Shown here: one piece after another, positions 53,011 through 60,374 of the stretch | How the letters are laid out: every line of letters begins with the position of its first letter | Position numbering within the stretch: position 1 is the stretch's first letter | From: Neodothiora populina | Taxonomy: Eukaryota | Length of the DNA: 60,374 bases | Assembly (NCBI RefSeq): GCF_041146345.1 | Contig: NW_027191407.1 | Span: forward strand, 558,001-618,374 | Direction of reading: 5' to 3' | Notes under the pieces: model-generated | What the model was told of the DNA's origin: nothing | Database searches by the model: none | The model's input: only the letters and a program-made list of their open reading frames with translations | Position numbers and translations under genes: made by a program

Positions 53011-54600
53011 ATGCCTCGCTTCCATCGAAGTACAGAACAAATCCCACAATGACCTATGATTTCCGGCGTCGCCGGACATACTGCGTCGCACGCCCTCCAA
53101 AAAGCCAAAATCAACCATGTGGTGCTTGAGCGATCGGCCGATGTGGCGCCTCCAGCGGGGGCTAGCATTGCCATCTATCCACACGGTGCGCGAATTCTAC
53201 ATCAACTAGGCTGCCTTGAGGCGGCACGGGCTGCTTGTCGGTCTTGTCGGCGGTTCGTTACCAGAGGTCCTGATGGACAGCTGTTTTCCGATCTCGCATT
53301 ATTCGACCTTGTCAATGAAAAGTATGTTGTATAACTGTCCATCTCACAAATGACCTGGGGAGCCTACTGATGATCTCACTACATCCAGTCATGGGCAGGA
53401 TGTGCTTCTTCTCGAGCGCAGAGAGTTCCTGCGTATCCTTTACGAGCACCTGCCAAACAAGTCGTACATCCGGTTCGGGTGCCAAGTGCATGATATCATC
53501 GAAAGTCGAGATGGCGTCGAAGTTGTTCTCCGAGACGGAACGAGCGAAAGAGGTGATATTGTCATAGGCTGCGACGGAGTTCATAGCTTCGTTCGTAGCC
53601 AGATGTCGGATCTTGCCAATCAAAAAAGTCCAGGGAAAATCACTGTGAAGGAAAAAACTTGTACGGAATCTCTCAAATCGATCACCTTTCGTCAAGTTTC
53701 ATTCCATACTGACCGAAGACCAGCTATTGTCACAACTGAAAATGTCTGATAGGAGTGGCTCCGTCCGCTCCCGAGCTGGGCCAATGCGACATGACCGTCG
53801 TCCACAATGACGGCTACTCATTCCTCATCCTTACGCAACCGGACCAGACCTTCTTCTTTGTCTTCTTCCGGCTAGAAAAATCCACCACGTGGCCTACAAG
53901 TACACGCTACACCGATGCGGATGCAGAAGAACTGGCGGCCAGTGTGGCGACCTGTCCGCTTTCTGGAACACTGGTATTTGGTGAACTCTGGAAGAAGCGT
54001 TCCCGAGGTACGCTGATATCCCTCGAAGAGGGAGTATTGGAGCATTGATCGCAGGGACGGATCGTGCTGGCTGGCGACTCGGTCCACAAGATGACGCCGA
54101 ACATTGCTTTGGGTGGCAACTCGTCAATGGAGTCTATCGTAGTCCTGTGCAACCATCTACAGCGAATTGTGTCTGACCATGGCGGCGGGAAACTCAGTCC
54201 AGCGACGTTGCGTAAAATTTTCGCACAGTATCAAGCTGAGCGGGAGCCCCGTGTCCGGGTGGTTATGGAGCTCTCCTCACTGATCACAAGAGTTCAGGCT
54301 TGGGACGGTATACTGTTGAAGTGGATAGCCACATGGATTATGCCATATCAAGCAGAAGCTAAGTTGACTGATTAGATGGCCGATATCATCAAGGCCGCTC
54401 CGAAGCTGGACTATGTTGATGTTGACGGTGGTTTTGCGAGAGGGCGAGTGCCATGGAACGACGAGAACAAGAAGATGATGGGACAACCATTGGCACTGGA
54501 ACAGAAGAAGTCTGTATGCGCTGTCAGTCGACTTATAGTGTGTTTGGCAGGCATTGTGACGGCTGCTATAGCAGTCTTCTGCGCTGGCTATATGATGTAG
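53011..54600 (+). pseudogene. FAD-dependent monooxygenase (secondary-metabolism, PaxM-like type), disrupted
   Basis: Motifs GVAG.TA.HAL, VVLER, GASIAI.PHG.RIL.QLG, GDIVIGCDGVHS.VR and LAGDSVHKMTPNIALGGN, plus a C-terminal TM. Stops at 53050, 53747/53750, 54046 and 54373. Confidence 0.85.
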
Positions 54601-55039
54601 CGCAGATGACGTCTATTTTCCATTCTTCTCGCTCGGTCACAGCCATTGTGGTCATTAATCAAACCCCGAATGTCTGACAAGCCGCAGGCATTCGATGGAA
54701 ATATCACCAGATTTCACCGCTTATTCTCAATGCTTCTAGCAATTCCAACAAAGTCTCATAGATGCTATTTTTCGTGACCTAGTTGGGTAGTCATTGGTCG
54801 ACCCTTCTGGTTTTGTAAACAATTTGATCTTCAGCTACAAATTTCCTGTACAAGGCGAGATACCCTGATACGTGTTTGGATTTTTTCATGGCCATACCAA
54901 TCATGGCATCTTGCTTGCAAACAGATTGCCATAAGATGTAGTGTGATATGTCGCGAATGGCTTAGCTATACGTAAGAGTCTCTGATTCAAAGGCTCCTTT
55001 TAAAATTCCTGTGTTTCTCTACACCTAAGCTTGGTCTAG

Positions 55040-55775
55040 GGAGGCTCTAGTAGGAGAACGTCTGGCCCACCAGCTTTTCGCTCAACTTCCACAATCTTTC
55101 TGCCTCAAAACTACTCAGCACCCATGGTTTGACTGTATCTATTATAGGGTCTGCCACATGAGAGTCGATGAGATAACCTCCGTTATGAGCTACACAAGGT
55201 GTCAGCTATCAGGTCTTGTAGTTTCTCGGTATTCTCCTTCTGTTTTGTTACGAAAGAACTTACTCTTCAGGTCCGGATAGAACGAAGCATAGATATGAGT
55301 CGCAGCCCCTCGTTCTAAAGGCTTTGCGTCAAATCCTCCCCATCCTTCTTTATTGCCTAGCATCTTGTCCGCAGCTCCTACAGGAACTGTCAGTAGTGGA
55401 CAAGGTGCCGCGACTCTAGCTCGACAACTTACGAAGTCCATCCAACTCCACGCTCCAGTCTAAATGATTGCCAAGATCAGTCCAAATGACGCCCGGGTGT
55501 AGGCTGAAAGCGAGCAGATTATGTTTGGAGCCGAGCTTCTCTGCTAGAGAGATAGCAGTCAAGATGTTGGCGGTTTTGGACTGGCCGTAAGCGAACCATC
55601 TGTTGTATGTTTTGCCATCCTATGTTATTTTAATAGATCCAAAGACCCTCGGGAACAGTAGGTACTAAAAAGATGGGGGAGCTTACATCGAAAATGTAGT
55701 CGTCAAAGCGGAAAGGGTTCAACCGGTGACCATCACTGCTTACAATAATAATTCTTGGATTATCAGAGGCCAGGA
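55040..55775 (-). pseudogene. Short-chain dehydrogenase (WWOX/retinol dehydrogenase-like), N-terminal half missing
   Basis: ILASDNPRIIIVSSDGH, YNRWFAYGQSKTANIL (YxxxK), AFSLHPGVIWT, GAATHIYA and AERLWKLSEKLVG. Homology stops abruptly at ~55775. Confidence 0.8.
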
Positions 55776-58263
55776 TCTAAAAGGATAAGTATGGCTCTAG
55801 CCGTTATAGTCTTCTATATTAGAGCGGCAATTATGACCGCAGCATTAATTCGAGCGAACATACCTTCTAGCATCGCTCATCTCGGCGCTTACTTAGCCGA
55901 ACGCCTTCATTATGCTCTACTTCGATACCGTCTATGGCAACTCTTGTCTCAGTTAAAGAAGTCGACGACGCTAAGACAAGAGATTGTAAACCTAATGTTG
56001 AAAGAATGCACGTAAGATTCGCCTATAGTACATGCAATGCAAGAAGTGTCATTAGTCGACTTAGCACGATAAACGCTACCGCCTAAGCCGGGATCACAAC
56101 TTTCGCCGTCTACCTCGACAGTAGAGACGCAGCCGACCGACTTAGCGGCCGAAGAGTTTCTAGTAGCGAGCCTAGCAGTGGTACAGCTCCTAGACGCCTC
56201 TATGACAGCAGTTTCTCCGATAATGTTTACGTATAGTGTAAGACTAACATCCACGTTTACATTAAGCATTAATTCATCTTCGCTAAAAGCATTGTACCAA
56301 GCAATTTTGGACTCTAGTATCGACATTAACGAGCCTCCACAAATCTGTCAAGTCATCGTTTTGCTTCCAACGTCCAAGATTTTGAATTTGATAGCTGCGC
56401 TATACACCTTCACTTTAAAGACTTGCTCGCTCTTAGAAGGGATTAGGTAATATTGTAGACGCATTAAAGCCAGTGTATAAGAAAGCCGTCTGTTCTCTAA
56501 GGTTGCGACGCTATGAAGATACAGACGTCTTTATCGTTAACGCAGCCGATATCAGCAGTAGGGGAGATACTATTCTAGAGAAGGGTAATCAGACCGACTT
56601 TATAGAATGGTCTCCGAGGGTGTTCTAAACGGATAATCATGTTCACAGTGCGATGGTTTGGTTAAGAAGCAGGAGAGCCATAGATTTCCCTTGTAGATTA
56701 TCATGATATATTTAAGCTGCCAATTCATAGAAGGCTCGTCTTGTTACCAAACCCTCTAATTCCGTAATTGTCATAAAGATAGGTAGATCTGAAGTTCTAC
56801 GCTACTATCGCTCACAGGTATTCCACTGCTTAATTGATCGATTCATCAGTATATTTAGGATCTACATACGGGATGATACACGATGCGTGCTCACTACTTC
56901 GCTCCTCGCAACAATACTTGGACTGATCTGACACTGAATAACAGTCACTCAGTCGACTCGGGCTACTACGAGAAGTTAAATAATGGTCGGGCAAGTCACG
57001 GCAGGAAACAATGCCATCCTATTACCTTATCGAACGATATCTCACTAAATGATTTTGCCCTAGTTCACCTTCTAACTGACGATGACGCCTATGTGAGTAC
57101 AAGTTGTATTCCTACTCCACATGCGTAATATCTATGAAGACTTGGAGAATGGCAATGCGCTCGTCTGGGATGGAATCAACCATGCCCAACCTGGTTACAC
57201 CCTAGCTTTTCCGCCCTATAAGCCATGAATTTCGGGTGGAACAAACCGACTTCAACATGCGACAAGGAGCGGCTGCCATAGATGTCCGAAAGACTCACAT
57301 ATACTGGTATATGCGCGTGCAGAAATTCTTCAGAAGCGTGTTATTGACGGCCGTATCTACGCATCTAAGCGCACAGACTTCGATTTGTTAGCATCATTCC
57401 ATTGAATTTAGCGGATTTGAGCACACTTAAGGACAACCTCATTAGAGCGAACTCTGCCCGTATCTTTGTAATCTATCGTGATCATGATTGTGAGCAAAGG
57501 CGTGAGCTTAGATCATACGAATACAGTAGCAATAGGGTTCTTTCCCGAGTCCCGCCGCTTCGTTTCATAACTTGGTTAAGAACGACGTACTGGTGATACA
57601 AGAGAGTCCAAATCCTACCTAAAGTTTGAGGTGAATCCTTAAACAACTACCATTCTAGTGTCCAATCATAACTCAATCACACAGGTTTGAAGGATGCAAA
57701 ATATGAAATTAGTGTAGACCTCGAACAGGAGAATAAGCAAATATACATTCAATGCTCGTAAGGCAGATATGCTAGAGAGACCCTGAATTAAGCCTTTCCT
57801 GGCTTGACGCTGATCAACCGCTTTACTACAAATTACCCACTTTCTCAACATGGAAAGTGGAGGTGACCCACCCAGGCGCAAGTGACCTCTGTACTGTTGG
57901 AGACACCATGCTTTTACTAGGTATCCTTGGGTTCACTTCTCGGATCAAAAGCCTCTACCCCGCCTCTACCTGCTCGATAATGAGAAAGATAGACATTGCC
58001 AAGAATGACGCCAAGAGTGACGCTGGACTATGGATGCCTATCACACTTAGTGTCCAAAATAACTCGATGTCATTCTTCGCCCTATCCTGTCCATCTCCTC
58101 TTTCAAACATCATCCATTGAAATGTACTGAATGTACTGAACACCTGGAAGAGACCTTCAGATTGAGCGTCAACAAAGTAGTACTTCTCATTGTATTTCGC
58201 ATTGCGAGACCAAACTCATCTCTCCACTACACATATCAAGACAACATCACAAAGATTGCGCGG

Positions 58264-59128
58264 ATGTCCTGTTCATCGCAAAAAATAATCGCGTCATGGG
58301 CTGACTCCTGCCGTTCTGCAAGATTCCGACAGTCCACCAGCGACCAAATTACGATCGGGCTGTATCAAGACTTCTTGAACGAAGACATCACGGTGGAAGA
58401 ATGCGCTCGCAGCCTCGCTGCTACATATGAGCCATTGATCACACGTGATCCAAAGAGTCTTCCATTAGCGCACCTGTGGGAAGTGCTCTGCGACGCTGTG
58501 AGAAGTTTGGGTGAGGTAGCAGGAGTGAAAGAACAGCTGGTCAATCTTGTTGTTGCGATCTCACAGCTTCCCGAAGTTATCGACAAGGATGGGCAAGCTG
58601 TTCTCCACTACTGGGATGGCAGCTACTGGAGGGTCTTGCCCGACTTTCCCCAGGTGTTTCGCCAATACGGCGTTGGTTCGTTTCAGCTATGACACACAGA
58701 TATCGGTACTGATTCGTGATTCAGATATTGACCGCGATGCAGAAAACTGCGACGACTGGTACTCTCAGGCGACTCCTCTTTTGAATGCTACGGTATTCGC
58801 GGCGATGTACCTAAACACCGGAGCAGATTTCATGGGATATCTTGCCTATGGGTGGTTGAAAGAGGCCTTATCCCAGCAATATACAACGCCAGAGGAGCGA
58901 TATCAGGCGAGTATGTACATATGCCCTGCCGCGGCATGGATACTAACATCTGGAAAATGTCTGTTCAATTTATGTCAGAGCCAACAAAGATCACTTAGCT
59001 TAGAGTATTGGTCGTCCTGGAAGCAGAGATTTGCAGAGATTGGAGCTAATGCTGGGATAGAGGAGGACGTTCGACACGTCGCAAGAAGAGCTGCAACAGA
59101 AATGGACCGAGTTGAGAACACAGATTAA
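58264..59128 (+). CDS. DUF3632-like fungal protein, 2 exons (intron 58676-58724)
   Basis: LW..L, QLV.LV.AI..LP, YW..LP.F, LLNAT.FAA, AAAWI...G..LF and LS.E.W..WK.RF. The splice joins two ORFs in frame. Confidence 0.7.
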
Positions 59129-59146
59129 AAACAAACTAACTATAGG

Positions 59147-59350
59147 TTTGATTTGATTTGATTTAATCTATAAGCTATTTGTAGGCTTATGCCTATTGTT
59201 AAGGATTGGTTGTGAGGCTACGTAATAGTCTCTCCTGGGTTGGACTCGTGAAGAGGAGTATCAAGGTACACGTGAAGAGGTAATTCCAATCACTGGTAAC
59301 GAATATGAAATTGAACACAATGTTCCATAGGGGAACATTGTCTAATTACA
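59147..59350 (-). mobile_element. Putative short 3'-end fragment of a LINE-like element with an (AAATC)n tail
   Basis: The minus strand ends AATAGCTTATAGATTAAATCAAATCAAATCAAA, closely resembling the terminus of the adjacent LINE. No coding sequence remains. Confidence 0.5.
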
Positions 59351-59351
59351 A

Positions 59352-60310
59352 TGATTGATTGATTGATTGATTAGTCTATCAAGCTATTCACGGTCTTATC
59401 GTCCGTATGAGCTGTCCAATGTCGTTCCCTCGTTTTCTTGTTTGTTGCTTAGCCTCACGGATAATAAAAGAAGAACCCTAACGCCCCTTGTTCCTTAATC
59501 GCCACCCTCCTGTTGCTATGGAGGGATAGCTGCCATCCTAGTTGTCTGTTGAAGAAACCGGACCGTCGCTTTCACCATTTTCAAATTCGGTCTCCACTAC
59601 TCGAGCGGGCCATTTACTAGCTGATCTGTGTGCATTTCTCTTTTCTTATTGTACCCTCCTAGTAGAAAGGACAAGTCACCCCATCTGTTCCCTGCTATCT
59701 GCTTAAGTTCTGCTCGTATACTTGTTTAGCGCTAGCACCGGAGAAGCACGTAAGCTACTATCTCGTCTTCCTGCCCGCATTCGCATTTACTACTTTCCTC
59801 GACTCCGATCTTTGCTAGATAGGATCGGAGATGAGTATAGTTCGTTCTTGCTTGTACGAGAATACCCGCTTACTCGGAGTTTAGCGCTCCGTAGAGCTTA
59901 AGCGTGTGCTTGCTTAAGAGAGCTGCATCTAGCCTCTATGTGTATTGACCCCATCTGTTCGTTCTTAGCGTCTAAGCTTTTAAACGCCTTTGTTCTGCAA
60001 GGTCCTTAACGAGGAGTGTTTGGACCACCCCGCTCTCCTTAATTCGGACGTTGGAGTTCCTAGATAGTTTCGTGCCTGTCTCTGTAGTAGTTTAGGCAGC
60101 CTAGTGAGCACATTCGTTTCCTGCATTTCCTGTATGTGCTAGTACTTAGACAAAGGTCACGTTAAGTCCACTCCGTTCGGCGTCTCGAAGCGTTTAAAGG
60201 GTGCCTTAAAGTGCTTCCCTGCCTCGCTTAATACCGTTGCCCTTTACTATAGCTTGAAGTGCCTCTTAGCTGTCTGTGGTAATTACATGCTTACGGTTCG
60301 GCCCGTGCAA
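59352..60310 (-). mobile_element. Tad1-clade non-LTR retrotransposon 3' fragment (RNase H + CCHC knuckle + 3' UTR + (AATC)n tail), RIP-like mutated
   Basis: Minus-strand translation: VITTDS*EALQAI...TFV*VLAHTGNAGNECAH*AA (RNase H WVP.H....GNE.A), RWGQYT*RLDAAL, QARTN, CECGQEDE.VAYVLLRC and RWGDLSFLLGG. The stop is at 59516 and the tail AATCAATCAATCAATC at 59352-59372. Confidence 0.88.
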
Positions 60311-60374
60311 GGTTAGGGTTAGGGTTAGGGTTAGGGTTAGGGTTAGGGTTAGGGTTAGGGTTAGGGTTAGGTAG
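60311..60374 (+). repeat. Telomeric repeat (TTAGGG)n, chromosome right end
   Basis: Nine perfect TTAGGG units from 60313, with the G-rich strand running 5'->3' toward the end of the sequence. Confidence 0.97.

Noticed and set aside
22445..54600. Alternative genetic code or programmed stop readthrough explaining the many in-frame TAGs
   Set aside because: The stops replace both Trp and Gln and include TAA and TGA. They co-occur with frameshifts, deletions and transition missense changes, and TAG ends intact genes normally.
56883..57600. Short ORFs, possibly a gene remnant
   Set aside because: No recognisable family and no consistent exon chain.
56600..60310. Telomere-linked RecQ helicase (TLH) or MoTeR-type element expected near fungal telomeres
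   Set aside because: No helicase or restriction-like endonuclease motifs were seen. The terminal element has RNase H plus CCHC, which is Tad-like.
1..60374. CRISPR arrays, rRNA or tRNA genes
   Set aside because: The sequence is eukaryotic, and I recognised no repeat-spacer array or structural RNA. A tRNA could be missed without tRNAscan-SE.

Overview
This is eukaryotic DNA from a filamentous ascomycete (Pezizomycotina-type short GT..AG introns; genus not determinable here). It is the right-hand end of a chromosome and finishes in (TTAGGG)n. Three zones are visible. (1) About 1-20.5 kb holds intact genes: GT8 glycosyltransferase, cytochrome P450, GH16 Crh-type transglycosylase, AMP deaminase, Zn2Cys6 regulator, MFS sugar transporter and histidine acid phosphatase. 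(2) About 21-59 kb is a subtelomeric 'graveyard' of pseudogenes and fragments, with mostly C>T/G>A (RIP-like) lesions: arylsulfotransferase, PTH11-like receptor, amino-acid permease, NmrA, GFA, ZIP, GT32, two transcription factors, FAD monooxygenase, SDR, and hAT and pogo-like transposase relics. A few genes here look intact (DJ-1/Hsp31, GNAT, GH3, DUF3632). (3) The last ~1.2 kb is missed by the ORF track. It holds a mutated Tad1-type LINE 3' fragment (RNase H plus CCHC knuckle) whose broken 5' end is capped directly by telomere repeats. It sits head-to-tail on a probable second LINE-like 3' end. All calls come from motif recognition and manual translation; no database searches were run.
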